Shown here: one piece after another, positions 11,160 to 23,987 of the stretch
Numbering within the stretch: the first letter of the stretch is position 1
How the letters are laid out: every line of letters starts with the position of its first letter
From: Macrostomum lignano
Taxonomy: Eukaryota
NCBI GenBank assembly: GCA_002269645.1
Contig: NIVC01000228.1
Span: 17,865-81,864, forward strand
Length of the DNA: 64,000 nt
Direction: 5' to 3'
Translations under genes and position numbers: made by a program
The notes under the pieces: model-generated
Seen by the model: only the letters and a program-made list of their open reading frames with translations
What the model was told of the DNA's origin: nothing
Database searches by the model: none

Positions 11160-12610
11160 GAGATCTGTATATATTTGTGATATCCTTGTTAATTCCATGT
11201 TAATTAGGGTAGGGAACAAATCAATATAGTTGTTATAGCCAATGAAACTATGGCTGGTCCATAATCAGCTCTGCGAATTTGTGCACTTATATACTGTGCA
11301 TATATTTGTGTTATCCTTGTTAATTAGGGCAGTGAACAAACCACTAGAGTTGTTACAGCCAATGAAACTATGGCTGGTCCATGATCAGTTCTACGAATTT
11401 GTGCATTTATATACTGTGCATATATTTGTGTTATCCTTGTTAATTAGGGCAGGGAATAAATCAATATAGTTGTTACAGCCAACGAAACTATGGCTGGTCT
11501 ATGATCAGTTCTGCGAATTTGTGCACTTATATACTGTGCATATATTTGTGTTATCCTTGTTAATTAGGGCAGGGAATAAATCAATATAGTTGTTACAGCC
11601 AATGAAACTATGGCTGGTCCATAATCAGCTCTGCGAATTTGTGCACTTACATACTGTGCATATATTTGTGTTATCCTTGTTAATTAGGGCAGTGAACAAA
11701 CCACTAGAGTTGTTACAGCCAATGAAACTATGGCTGGTCCATGATCAGTTCTACGAATTTGTGCACTTATATAATGTGCATATATTTGTGGTATCCTTGT
11801 TAATTAGGGCAGGGAATAAATCAATAGAGTTGTTACAGCCAACGAAACTATGGCTGGTCCATGATCAGTTCTACGAATTTGTGCACTTATATAATGTGCA
11901 TATATTTGTGTTATCCTTGTTAATTAGGGCAGGGAATAAATCAATAGAGTTGTTACAGCCAACGAAACTATGGCTGGTCTATGATCAGTTCTGCGAATTT
12001 GTGCACTTATATACTGTGCATGTATTTGTGTTATCCTTGTTAATTAGGGCAGGGAATAAATCAATATAGTTGTTATAGCCAATGAAACTATGGCTGGTCC
12101 ATGATCAGTTCTACGAATTTGTGCACTTATATAATGTGCATATATTTGTGGTATCCTTGTTAATTAGGGCAGGGAATAAATCAATAGAGTTGTTACAGCC
12201 AACGAAACTATGGCTGGTCCATGATCAGTTCTACGAATTTGTGCACTTATATAATGTGCATATATTTGTGTTATCCTTGTTAATTAGGGCAGGGAATAAA
12301 TCAATAGAGTTGTTACAGCCAACGAAACTATGGCTGGTCTATGATCAGTTCTGCGAATTTGTGCACTTATATACTGTGCATGTATTTGTGTTATCCTTGT
12401 TAATTAGGGCAGGGAATAAATCAATATAGTTGTTACAGCCAATGAAACTATGTCTGGTCCATCATCAGTTCTGCGAATTTGTGCACTTATATACTGTGTA
12501 TATATTTGTGTTATACTTGTTAATTAATAAACAATTGAGTTGTTGTAGCCAGTGAAACTACGGCTAGTCCATTATGAGCACTACAAATTTGTGCACTTAT
12601 ATGACCATGT
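11160..12610. repeat. 120-bp tandem repeat, about 12 copies
   Basis: AATGAAACTATGGCTGGTCC...GTTGTTACAGCC recurs at exact 120-bp period, so the sequence lines repeat every second row. Confidence 0.97.
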
Positions 12611-12934
12611 GCACTTAATCATCTTTTCTAAAAATATTGTGATTACACATCATTTTTAGACATGCCCTATCCCCAAATAAATAATTGTCTATGAAACAAA
12701 AAAACCAATATAACATTATAACTGGTTTATATCATTGTCTATAATAGTGAATAGTAAACAAGATTGTTGAAATATGCTATATTCTCCTTTTTATAGTATT
12801 ACATAAAACTGTTTAGTTTAGATTTAGTACACATTTATAATTATAACATAAACCGCAGAATTTATATGACATCATATTTCAATTCAGTGTTGTTACATTC
12901 GCAACTGACAATGACATGGTTAAAAGAGGATTAT

Positions 12935-13250
12935 ATTGATTGTCAATGCACTTCCAGTATGTTGGATCCACTGTCTAACCAATGTGATGGTTGTCACGTG
13001 CACTATAACAGTCTAGTCGAAAAGCCTTTATTGAAAATATTTCCTAAATAGGTGAATATGAATATATGATTTTTTTTTAATATGAATGTGAATATATGAA
13101 TAGGTGAATATGAGTATATATGCTTTGTATGTGTTAAGTCAGTATAGAATATTAACTTGATTGTCGATGCACATCCAGTATGTCGGATCCGTTGTCAAAC
13201 CAATGCGATGGTCATATGCGCTGTAGCAGTCTTGTCGGAAAGTCTCAATA
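12935..13250 (-). pseudogene. Two diverged copies of a ~30-codon exon-like unit (xFRxDCYSAxDxHxIGLTxDPTYWxCIDNQ)
   Basis: Copies at about 13152-13245 and 12938-13030. Six synonymous third-position changes and one 3-bp indel; the lower copy has TAG where the upper has TTG. Confidence 0.45.
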
Positions 13251-13400
13251 GAAAATATGTCATACATTGACATAGATTACCTTTGTAACAAATAGCATAA
13301 AATAAAATAAGATAGCTAATATATAGGTAGATAGATAGACATTTCTATATGGTCAAAAAACTGGTCAGCTAAACAGATTGCTGGAAGCCAATCCAATCGA

Positions 13401-13918
13401 TCACTGTTGCTGCTGCTGCTGCTGTTGCTGCTGCGGCTGCTGCTGCTTGGCGGTGTACCATGCCAACAACTCCGTCCACCAGACGCAACCAGCGGCGGCG
13501 GCAGACTCTGACTCATCCACAACCAGGCAGCCCTGCTCAATCAGCGACTCAGCGAAGTCGACCCCGGCAGCATCGCAGAGGGCCACTCGCCAGACCACCG
13601 CCTCGTCAGTAGCAGAGCGTCCGGTTTCAACAGTCATCAGCCTGACTGTCCATTCCCGGCCGTCGTTGGCTCCGAGAGCGGCACAGAGAGTCTGTGAGTG
13701 CGATGCGGCGAAAGCGTCGGCGGTGCGCACGAGCGTCAGGCGGCATGCGTGGGCGAACGGCGCCAGAGGCGGCGACTGCAGCTCGGCGGGCAGAGGCGCC
13801 AGCTCGGAAGTTGCGGTGGCTTCGTCATTGCAGAAGTCAACGAAGCGCACAGTGAGGTTGCGACTGCCGGCCGGGTCGGTACAGTGTGTGATGGTACCAT
13901 TGACCGTCATGGGAAAAT
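13401..13918 (-). CDS. Terminal exon of a Tudor-domain (extended Tudor/TDRD-like) protein ending in polyQ
   Basis: Acceptor GTCAG| at 13919 after a (GT)n tract. Motif TVRFVDFCNDE..SELAPLPAEL..PPLAPFAHACRL and C-terminal VDFAESLIEQG resemble extended Tudor domains. TGA at 13401-13403. Confidence 0.65.
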
Positions 13919-13930
13919 CTGACCGCGAAC

Positions 13931-13992
<62 letters not shown>
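13931..13992. repeat. (CA)n microsatellite
   Basis: Visible run. Confidence 0.98.
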
Positions 13993-13995
<3 letters not shown>

Positions 13996-14117
13996 GTTGA
14001 GTCTCTGAGCTGAAGTTTCAGCCTGTGACAATACAATAGCCTCTGACTTCAAATTCCAAGTCCAGTTCAGAAGTCCAATATCGCTGGCTGACTGGCTGGC
14101 TAAACTTGTGCATTATA

Positions 14118-14257
14118 ATGGGGGTGGCCAGCGCTGGCTGCATTTACGCATTATGTTGGGGGTGGCCAGCGCTGGCTGCATTTATGCATTCTATTTCGGG
14201 TGGCCGGCGCTGGCTGCATTTACGCATTATATTGGGGGTGGCCAGCGCTGGCTGCAA
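14118..14257. repeat. Second cluster of the ~38-bp GGGGTGGCCAGCGCTGG repeat
   Basis: Same unit and orientation as 10921-11085. Confidence 0.9.
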
Positions 14258-14961
14258 CTTTGAGGTGGTATTTTGTATTTAGTATATGTGGATTGAAATC
14301 GTAACATGCATTCATTCAATGTAGCCTTCCAGGTATAACCACATTATCTGTGTAATGTTTATCATAATTAATATCGTTAGTATAAATGTATATTCTTCGC
14401 GAATATACAATTATAAATTTTAAGGACATTTGTATATAAATTAGCATTTGCATAAATTAGCATAAATAAGGACATTTGTATATAAAATTTGTAAATAACT
14501 ACACACACTATGGCACACAATTTCCAACTTGATTCAACTTGACTGGATTCAATGCAAACAGTAGGTCGATTCCTTTTATTATTGTTGTCGATATATTTAG
14601 TGTTATTTATCATTTATCGAGACGCGCATAACATAATGCTTGCAGTTTCCTTAATTTTTCATACATCTCTTAATGCGGAGAAAAATGATTCATAGACATG
14701 GAAACATTGCCAATCTATCTTTCATTGGTCGATCGATTGCAATTGCACTTGCATTGACTACTGTTGTCAGCTTACAAAGAGGAATACTCGACAATCCAAC
14801 TGAGTGCCATCGATCAATGTGCAACACCGGACAAAGAGTCCGGACTAACCATAATAGACACACAAAGACGTATACGATTTTTATATGTTTGAAATTTACA
14901 TTATAACAATAAATTAACGCACAATTTACACTTCAGCTACAATCGGACAAGTCGTTCTATA

Positions 14962-15285
14962 AGGTCAGTCCTGCAGTCCGAGGCCCTGGCCCGTCCTAGC
15001 GATCTGCTGCGCCGTCGGCGACTCCAGCTGTCAGGCCACGTCATCCGCGCCGAGGCCTACTGTCCGGAGCCGGTGCAGGAGGTGTTGCTACTTACGTTGC
15101 AGGCACCATACCGACGGGGACAGACGAGGACTCGGCGCTACGTCGACTGTCTGATGGCTGATGCCGGCGCCCCGGACTCTGTCGGCGGTGCGGCCTGTGT
15201 TCGCGCCCAAGTTTCGAAGCGCGCCATCTGACGCTGCTTTTGCGAACTGGCAGCGTACTCTGTTGTTGTTATGTTGTTGTTAATC
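14962..15285 (+). mobile_element. 3' fragment of a non-LTR retrotransposon (RTE-like ORF C-terminus plus microsatellite tail)
   Basis: Frame 14962-15231 reads ...SDLLRRRRLQLSGHVIRAE...RRGQTRTRRYVDCLMAD...*, matching the RRLxxxGHVxR..GR..W/Y.D pattern at RTE-type ends. It is followed by (TGT)n. Confidence 0.7.
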
Positions 15286-15527
15286 ACGCATGAAATCGAT
15301 AATTACACGATCGTCTGGCTGAACTACATATTCGAAATCGCCTAAATCAACTCATTAATTATACAAACGCATCCGAATGTATTTCGAGCATTTCAATGTT
15401 TTTTTTATTTGAATGTTTACGCGTTACAGACCAACTGTTTATCTACAGGACAGTCGGTCAATCTATCTGTCTATCCATCAGACTGTACGTCATCGTGTCT
15501 GTATGTCTGTCTGTATGCCATTCAATC

Positions 15528-15533
15528 AGTATG

Positions 15534-15578
<45 letters not shown>

Positions 15579-15591
15579 GTATATATCTATA

Positions 15592-15632
<41 letters not shown>

Positions 15633-15648
15633 GTCTGTCTATCTATCT
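15528..15648. repeat. (ATCT)n microsatellite
   Basis: Visible run. Confidence 0.97.
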
Positions 15649-16659
15649 AAGTTTCTTCATTTGTATCGCTACCAAAGAATTCAAAGAAACTTTAGGCTGC
15701 ACGGCAACTGTTATCCATCATCCTATCCATATATTAGACCATGTTTGTTTTCGTCAAATAGGCCTCTCATTCTAGCAACATCAGCATCAGGCGCTGCGCG
15801 ATGATGTAGCGATACCACACACCACCTCACGCCAAGTCTTAGATCGAGGTTGTTGTTTTTTTCTACAACTCAGTCGTTCATTTTAACAGCAACAACAACA
15901 GACGCTGCGCGCGATGGTGTAGCCTTACGCCACGTCCCATACCCACTCACAGTCTATTGCGCTCTCACGCGTGCCAGCGAGTCAGCTTGGTGACAATTCT
16001 CTCCAAATCGATAATTGCTTCTCACGTTTCACCAACAGGCTGCAGTCGGTGGCGGCAAAGGCGGCAAATCCGCTACAAATAAATCCATTGGAATATATAT
16101 CATACTAAGCATCAGTGAATCGATACAATACTTGTTATTGCTGCTAGTGCGTTGCTACCGCGATTCCACGACCTCGATACTGTGTAAACATAGTCACACG
16201 ATTCGTTTGTTTACACAGTATACTACTTGCAGTTTATCCACGCAGAGTTTCCAAGATATCACACCGCGGTTCCCCAGACAGATTAGTATGAAGAAGATTC
16301 ATCTCCCAGACAGCAGGCATCCCTCATACAGCAGGCATCCCCAGATAGTAGGCATCCCTCATACAGCAGGCATTCCAATAGAGAAAAAAAAATTTTATGC
16401 GAAAATTTTTTTAAGTCAAAATAATTTTGACACTTAGAGAAATTTCACATTTCTCGGCGAGCGCAGCGTTTCCCCAGAAAAAAACTAGGCTAGGGTTAGG
16501 GTTAGGTGTTGTGAATAATGATAGTAATAGGTAGGTAGATTGGGTGGGTTAGTTAGTTAGTTAGTTAGTTAGTCAATCGGTATGTATGTATGTATGTATG
16601 TATGTATGTATGTATTAACTAGTGTTTGTTTATTGTTTAGCCAGCCAGGGTGACAATAA

Positions 16660-16854
16660 TTGATCTATTTTTAGTCAACTACAAATAGATGCGGGTTCGT
16701 CCCTTAGAGATTTTATTCTCTCACTCACTCGCTCACTCACTCACTCAATAGTCTATGGTCAATCAGTCAGTCTTCGAGCCAGCATGTATTTCGCTAGTAT
16801 ATAGTCTTTAGGGACGAACCCGCATCTATTTATAGTTGACTAAAAATAGATCAA
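16660..16854. mobile_element. Small fold-back / MITE-like element with ~50-bp inverted arms
   Basis: TTGATCTATTTTTAGTCAACTACAAATAGATGCGGGTTCGTCCCTTAGAGA (16660-16710) against its reverse complement at 16805-16854, with 2-3 mismatches. Confidence 0.75.
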
Positions 16855-16991
16855 CACTTGCTCTTTGAAAGAAAGAATAGTAGGAGTATGGTACCTGTAA
16901 ATATACATATAAAATAAACTATGCATTGACTACTACTGAAATAAGTACTATAGTGTGAATATATAAGCTACTACACACACGCACACATAGG

Positions 16992-17026
<35 letters not shown>

Positions 17027-17824
17027 ACGCACACGCACACGCACACAATTTTAATTCTGGGGGACCGCTGCGCTCGCTCGGGTTAGCAAAATTATATAAT
17101 TCTACCCTCCCCTCTCAATCAGCCCTCACTAACCCTAAACCTAACCCTAACTCTAACAACAAACAAATTTTTTTCTGGGAAACGCTGTATGTGAATACTT
17201 TTATCCTGGGGAAGCCACCTGTTGCTGTCTGAGGGTAACTTATCTTGGGGGAAGCCACTCTCCCGATGCTTTCCTCTCCTCTCCATGCCATGGGCCGCTG
17301 CAATTCAAAATCACACCCGCCTATTTGTTTCTTCTATTCGTTTGTGACCGCGATTAAGAAAGTACAAGTTAAACTGTATGGGTTATAATATAGCATGCTG
17401 TTTGTACACACTCTAAACTCCCTTCTGGCTGAATACTCATTCTACTGCCCCCTTTTTGCCATAGAATAAAAATTTGAAGTCTCCCTATCGATTTATCACT
17501 CTCGATACGTTGTTGCAGCCATAGACATAGATTGAGGCCGACCTGTCCATCTCGATGTTTTAAACCCTGACCATTTCGATCTTGCTCAGTTGTAAGTAGA
17601 GCGGCGTCTTGCGCCCGGCTCCCTCGCTTGCTCTCTCTAGTATAGATAAGCATAGCTACTACGTCCACCTTTTGCGTTTCTATCAAGTAAGTTGCAACTG
17701 TGCTTTTTTTATATGTTTTATTATATCACGAGTGGAGCTACGCCTTTGAAGGTGAAATAGTACGAACTCTCATCCTGGAAATTCTGAAGCGGAAGAACTC
17801 CCATTCACTTTTATAATCATGTCA

Positions 17825-18115
17825 AAATTGCATTTTCACTATATGTAACAGGTCCCTTACATGCTGCATGTTTAGGTGGAGCAGCCTCTCTCTCTCTCTC
17901 TCTCGGATATGCTATAGCCCTTAACTACTATTGTTTCACAATTGCATTTTCACTATATGTAACAGGTCCCTTACATGCTGCATGTCTAGGTGGAGCAGCC
18001 TCTCGGGTATGCTATAACCCTTTATTAATATTTCACATTTGCACTATCACTATATATAACAGGTCCCTTACATGCTGCATGTTTAGGTGGAGCAATATGC
18101 TATAGCACTTTAACT
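17825..18115. repeat. Three diverged ~110-bp direct repeats (TTGCATTTTCACTATATGTAACAGGTCCCTTACATGCTGCATG...)
   Basis: Visible at about 17826, 17941 and 18038. Confidence 0.85.
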
Positions 18116-18589
18116 ACAATTATCTAATGATCACAGCTTCGCTATACAACAGGTCTATTACATGATGCGAGTTCAGTTGAAGCAGCCTCTCTATTATAAG
18201 CCCTTTTTATTATAGCTAGCGTCTTAAAACAAGTCATGTTTTCTTATGTGTGGAAAGGCATGGAAACTGTATGCGCTACTATTCTGGATAAATTGGGAAT
18301 CTACTACAACGCACTGCTGGCTAATAACTTCAAGCGTTTGAATCTTCATATCGCCAATTCACATAGACTTTCTATCAGTAGCTTTGCAAGTTTTAATAAA
18401 TATACTGACGCTGCTATTCTGACATTTGCAAACCCAACTGAATGGATTGGTTAATTGATGGACTTTCGTGTTTCATTATTGTCATCCAGGGTGACCGTTT
18501 AAACTTTTGATATCCAATGAAGGAAAAACAGCTGGATTCATTTAGCGCAACTGCTTTTGATCGGTAATCGAGGTCAAATCACCAGTCTT

Positions 18590-19560
18590 AGGGGTCAAAA
18601 CACCAGTAGAGGTCACATCACCAGTCAACATGGTCACATCACCAGTCAACATGGTCACATCACCAGTCAGTCTGGTCACATCACCAGTCAACATGGTCAC
18701 ATCACCAGTCAACATGGTCACATCACCAGTCAGTCTGGTCACATCACCAGTCATTAAGGTCACATCACCAGTCAATCGGGTCACATCACCAGTCACCAAG
18801 GTCACATCACCAGTCAGTCGGGTCACATCACCAGTCAATTGGGTCACATCACCAGTCAACTGGGTCACATCACCAGTCAGTCGGGTCACATCACCAGTCA
18901 ATTGGGTCACATCACCAGTCAACTGGGTCACATCACCAGTCAGTCGGGTCACATCACCAGTCAATTGGGTCACATCACCAGTCAACTATGTCACATCACC
19001 AGTCAACGCAGTCACATCACCAGTCAACGCGGTCACATCACCAGTCAGTCGGGTCACATCACCAGTCAATTGGGTCACATCACCAGTCAACTGGGTCACA
19101 TCACCAGTCAGTCGGGTCACATCACCAGTCAATTGGGTCACATCACCAGTCAACATGGTCACATCACTAGTCAGTCGGGTCACATCACCAGTCAGTCGGG
19201 TCACATCACCAGTCAATTGGGTCACATCACCAGTCAACTGGGTCACATCACCAGTCAACGCGGTCACATCACCAGTCAACGCGGTCACATCACCAGTCAA
19301 CGCGGTCACAACACCAGTCAACATGGTCACATCATCAGTCAACTGGGTCACATCACCAGTCAACGCGGTCACATCACCAGTCAGTTGGGTCACATCACCA
19401 GTCAGTCGGGTCACATCACCAGTCAGTCGGGTCACATCACCAGTCAACATGGTCACATCACCAGTCACCAAGGTCACATCACCAGTCCCTAAGGTCAAAA
19501 CACCAGTAGAGGTCATAACACCAGTAGAGGTCACATCACCAGTCACTAAGGTGATGTGAC
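18590..19560. repeat. 21-bp minisatellite GGTCACATCACCAGTCA(ACAT/GTCG/ATTG...), about 45 copies
   Basis: Visible. The long VTSPVN-type ORFs here are by-products of the repeat. Confidence 0.97.
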
Positions 19561-21626
19561 CATCCAATCCAATTAAACGTAGAAACAATCAAACGAAGCG
19601 GAGACTGGGTGAAATGCGTGAAATGATCAAAACTCGCAAGCAAGAGAATAGCTAACTTAACTAACCATAGATTGAAGAATTGGCTGGCTGGCTGACTGAC
19701 TTGCATTCTGCCTTCGATTGATACTTGCGCGCGCGCATTTTTATCAGTTAGCGGGCTACCCCCCACGCTTTCTATTTCGATACCAACGAGTTAAATATAA
19801 ATGGGGGATGACCCTAGACAGTATACAAATGACCTTATCATTGGCCAATACAGAGCAGCAAAAACCAACCCCCATAAATACAAGCCAATAGATGCGTAAA
19901 ATTGATGCTAAAATTGGCGAGCATGGTATATCCTAGGGTCTTTGCTTTTTGTTGGACACTTTCCGTGCGTGCTAACAAAAACTTGCGCACTTGCGCGCAC
20001 ATTTCTAGCAAAGTTGCGTAACTTTAAAAAGCTTACGTGGGCGAAGCTTAATATTCTAAGAAATCTTGCATAATTTCATTTAAATTTTAAATATTGTACT
20101 TGTTACAGTAAACCAAAGTTATTGCAAATTTCAAAACAAAGCTACTGGGAAGTACAATTAACTAAAAGAAAAAATATTTTTTTTATTTTTAAAGATTTAT
20201 TTAAACTTTAATAAAACATTACAACAATTATTAATTACAACATTAAAACAATAATTGCTAAGAAATTCTAGTGACAAAAACTTGCGCAAAAAAATTGCGC
20301 GCAACTTTTTGTTCCAAACTTGTCATTGTCATGCAAAGATTCCATCCTGGGCTGCAGCTAAGGGGAAAGGGCCCTGGCCCCCTTGCTTGGCCCTCTCCCC
20401 TCTCTGGATCTGCCCCTGTAAATACTCTAAATAAAATATAAAATTATGAATAGACAAATTATCAATGTCATCATATATCTATTTTATCTACATCTACATA
20501 GTACTTGGTCTCATAGGCCTAAAGTTCCTAAATAAATAAATAAATGTCTATTCAGCTATTGTGAACATTGACACCATGATGGTATTAATGTTAAGTAAAA
20601 AAGCTAATAATTAGTACAGGATAGATTTGCAGTGCAATGGATGCCAATGAAATTGCAAGGTAGAGTTAGCCTTACCTTATTATCTGATGATGAAATAGTG
20701 GTATCATTCAATCTAAAGATCTTTATTCCTCATTCACAGAATGGGTGAATAGCTAGCAAATTAAGCTTGGTCAGTTAGAGTCTTAGAGATGGCCGGCTTA
20801 TTTCAGACACACCAGTCTATCTGACTATCTAAGAGCCCATCTGACTAACTAAGGCTAACCGTTCAAGATTTTTATTCTTAACCTTCGAAAAAGCGCAGCT
20901 ACCGAAATTGCCAACTTTCAGCCGTCTAAAAATTTCACAAATCGATAATTTTAAAGCTTCGTGTGGAGAAATTTCATTGGACGCGAAATACACCTTAGCA
21001 ACGTCGTGTCACTTACGTACGCTTTTACTTATTAGTAGCAATGCACAAATATGTACTGAGAACATTTTAGCATAAACAACAAATTATCATATTTAGTTAC
21101 TTTGTCTGTATTTTTAATGCTTATCGACTGAAAAATTCATGTTCTTTGCACCAACAGACTATTAAGCTCAATCAAATCTGCTTTACACTCGGTAGTCAAC
21201 AGCTTTGGCCTCTCAGTGACATATATGAGGCCTAAAATAAGCCGTTTTGCCTCTTACTTCTAAGTTCCGATTATTTAAGCTTCTGACCGTAAAATGTAAA
21301 TTGGAAATCTATTTTTTGAAATTATTCAAAGCTGAGAGAAGCGTAGAGGAGCGTAGAGGAGAATTTCTCAAATACTTGAGTTGCTACAATCCCGTGACAA
21401 GCATATGCATGTCCCCGAGCCCCTTCCCCATCAAACAAAAAATATATAGCAACTATTTTTTCAATTGTTGACAAGTTACTGAAAATGTAGCTACCATAAA
21501 TAAGTTACATTTAATTTTCTCCCATTAGTTCGCTGCTAAACTATTAAATGTAAGAAGCTGCAAGAGTGCTAAAGTGGCACACAGAATGGAGCGAGAGAAA
21601 GACTAAAATCATGGAATAGATCGCAG

Positions 21627-21653
21627 TGCGGTGGCCCTTAAAAGGGCCGTTTT
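21627..21653 (-). promoter_or_regulatory. Histone-mRNA-type 3' stem-loop (AAAAC GGCCCT TTTA AGGGCC ACCGC), no histone ORF upstream
   Basis: 6-bp stem, 4-nt loop and flanks match the metazoan replication-dependent histone stem-loop consensus (stem-loop 21633-21648). Confidence 0.55.
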
Positions 21654-22049
21654 ATCTTTCTAATTAACAAAAAGACGGAATGAGAAGCTTGCTCGAACCA
21701 AGCTAAAGGCATTGGTAGAAGCTGCATTTTAAGCGTGCAAGATTTTATGCGTAGATATACATGTACGATCAATTATCTCATACTTACACGTGCACATGAA
21801 GCATGTGCAGGACTGGTTTACTTACTTGTACATGCATTATTATTGCACAGTACGATGTACGGTTCGTGTGCACGCGCGCTTTCAAAAAAATATTAGGAGC
21901 GCTAAACATTGCTTGCGGTCGCAAAAGGAGTCCCAAGTGCCCTGAACTGCCAAGGGGGGCGACTTTTTGGCCCCAGCTGTTGTGAGGGCTGGCATTGAAG
22001 AAGTTTCATTTTAAAAGGCGCGTGATAAACAGAGAATCTTAATTCACAA

Positions 22050-22232
22050 TCCCTTCAGTTTAAGACCCTTCATTCACAAACCCTTCATTCACAATCCCTT
22101 CATTCACAAACCCTTCATTCACAATCCCTTCATTCACAAACCCTTCATTCACAATCCCTTCATTCACAATCCCTTCATTCACAATCCCTTCATTCACAAT
22201 CCCTTCATTCACAATCCCTTCATTCACAAACC
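22050..22232. repeat. 15-bp tandem repeat CACAA(T/A)CCCTTCATT, about 12 copies
   Basis: Visible. Confidence 0.95.
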
Positions 22233-22427
22233 ATTGATTCTGTAGTAAGTCATTAGAATTAACTCGTAGTCTCGGTTAAATTGAAAAAAATTCCTCGGCT
22301 TGTTGAGATCCAATTTACGTACCACAGTTTGAAAGTGATGGCATTGTGATTGATCGCTGATATTCATTTATTCATGCTCGGTGGGATCGCTGCGATCCTG
22401 AGCCTGGGCGCCAATATTTGGCGTCTG

Positions 22428-22702
22428 GGTTGGGCGCCCCTGTCTCTAGGTGGGCGCACCTGTACCTGGGTGGGCGCCCCTGTCTTTTGGTGGGCGCCCC
22501 TGTCTTTTGGTGGGCGCCCCTGTCTCTGGGTGGGCGCCCCTGTCTTTTGGTGGGCGCCCCTGTCTCTGGGTGGGCGCCCCTGTCTTTTGGTGGGCGCCCC
22601 TGCCTCTGGGTGGGCGCCCCTGTCTCTGGGTGGGCGCCCCTATTTTTTGGCGGGCGCCCCTGTCTCTTTGTGGGCGCCCCTGTCTCTTTGTGGGCGCCCC
22701 TG
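22428..22702. repeat. 20-bp tandem repeat GGGCGCCCCTGTCT(T/C)T(T/G)GGT, about 14 copies
   Basis: Visible. Confidence 0.95.
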
Positions 22703-23623
22703 GGAGCTGGTCCCTCCCCAACTGCTCCAACGCAACAAACGCGGGCCATAAATAAAAGCACTGCTGGGCACAATTCGGTTTTGTTCACAATTCCCAATTC
22801 TTCACAATTATTGCAATGCAGCATGGCGGATACTCATAAATTCTTTAATAACATATACGAGCCATGTTCAAAAATATTCATCAATTTTTTGCAAGCATTC
22901 TACACTTTAAATAATTCACAAATAACATTGGGCCCAGAAGAAGCTCTCACAATCATGACCTAACTCCGAGATTTCTGCTCAGCCGCAAGGGACAATTCTT
23001 AAGTATAGAAGGACGCAACAGCTCGAAATCTATATCTATGGTAAATGTTTTGAAGGCCACTTTTCGCCGAAAAATACACTACCGAAGATATAGAGGTTTT
23101 AATTTTTTCAGCACAAAAATTGTTATTGCTTTTGATAGGAGGCAGATCCAGTGTTCATCTTTTGATGTGTTGTGCCTTTCTTATGGCTTTATCGATATTT
23201 ATAAAAGTTTTTCGTTCAGAAATAGTTTTAAAGGCAGGTTGCACCGGAAAAATACACTACGGAGATAGGAAATTTCACGATTTTCAACACGGAAACAGTG
23301 ATTGAGTCTCTTAACAGTGTCAGAGAAAGTTCTAATCACACTATGTTGTGCCTTGCATGCTGCTCTAACGACGCATTAATCGATTTTTCAATTTTAAATT
23401 GGTCTTGTCATTATTTTAAGCGTTTTTTTCCCATAAGACCAATATAACTACAGTACGTACAGCTGTAACTTATACAGCTGCTGCAGCCAATTTATAATGT
23501 ACCATAACTCCCAGTTACATTTCACTCAATAATTTGCTTCTAAACTGTTACATAAGCTGCAACAGCGCAAGAGCGGCAATGCCATTTGGTGCAAAATCTT
23601 AATTATGTGCGTGCCCACAGAAT

Positions 23624-23644
23624 TGCCCTTAAAAGGGCCGTTTT
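23624..23644 (-). promoter_or_regulatory. Second histone-type stem-loop (one stem mismatch)
   Basis: Minus strand AAAAC GGCCCT TTTA AGGGCA. Confidence 0.45.
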
Positions 23645-23961
23645 ATAGTTTAAGTAAACCAGCGAAACAAAGACGAAATTGCACGAAAGCAAGCGAGACT
23701 GAGTGTTGGAAAACAACTATAAACTTCTTGTTTCTATTTTGAGCATGTAAATAAGCATAGGTAGTTCTGCTGGAAGTTAAATTGTAAATATTATCCAAAA
23801 TCAAGCTGCTGGAACTGGAAGGTGAAAAGGTTTTATATGTTAGGAAATTATTTTAATAAAAATTTTACATACCTATTGATTAATGATTCTCGCCGTGAAG
23901 GCGGACATACATAGCTGTGCAATATTGCTAAAGTTGTACATGTAATTATACATGTATTGGC

Positions 23962-23987
23962 ACTGTGGCCCTTAAAAGGGCCGTTTT
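23962..23987 (-). promoter_or_regulatory. Third histone-type stem-loop
   Basis: Minus strand AAAAC GGCCCT TTTA AGGGCC ACAG (stem-loop 23967-23982). Confidence 0.55.

Noticed and set aside
11160-12610. Hammerhead ribozyme/retrozyme in the 120-bp repeat
   Set aside because: The closest core is CTGATCA rather than CTGANGA, and no correctly placed GAAA with stems II/III is present.
18542-19588. Long ORFs (VTSPVN / TGDVT repeats) as an antifreeze- or mucin-like gene
   Set aside because: The 21-bp unit lacks stops in several frames on both strands, so long ORFs are expected by chance. No signal peptide or flanking gene structure.
22372-22824. AT-hook/HMGA-like protein (KRQGRPPK repeats) upstream of the histone-type hairpin
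   Set aside because: It derives from a 20-bp repeat cycling through frames; the core is QGRP, not RGRP, and the ORF ends 700 bp from the hairpin.
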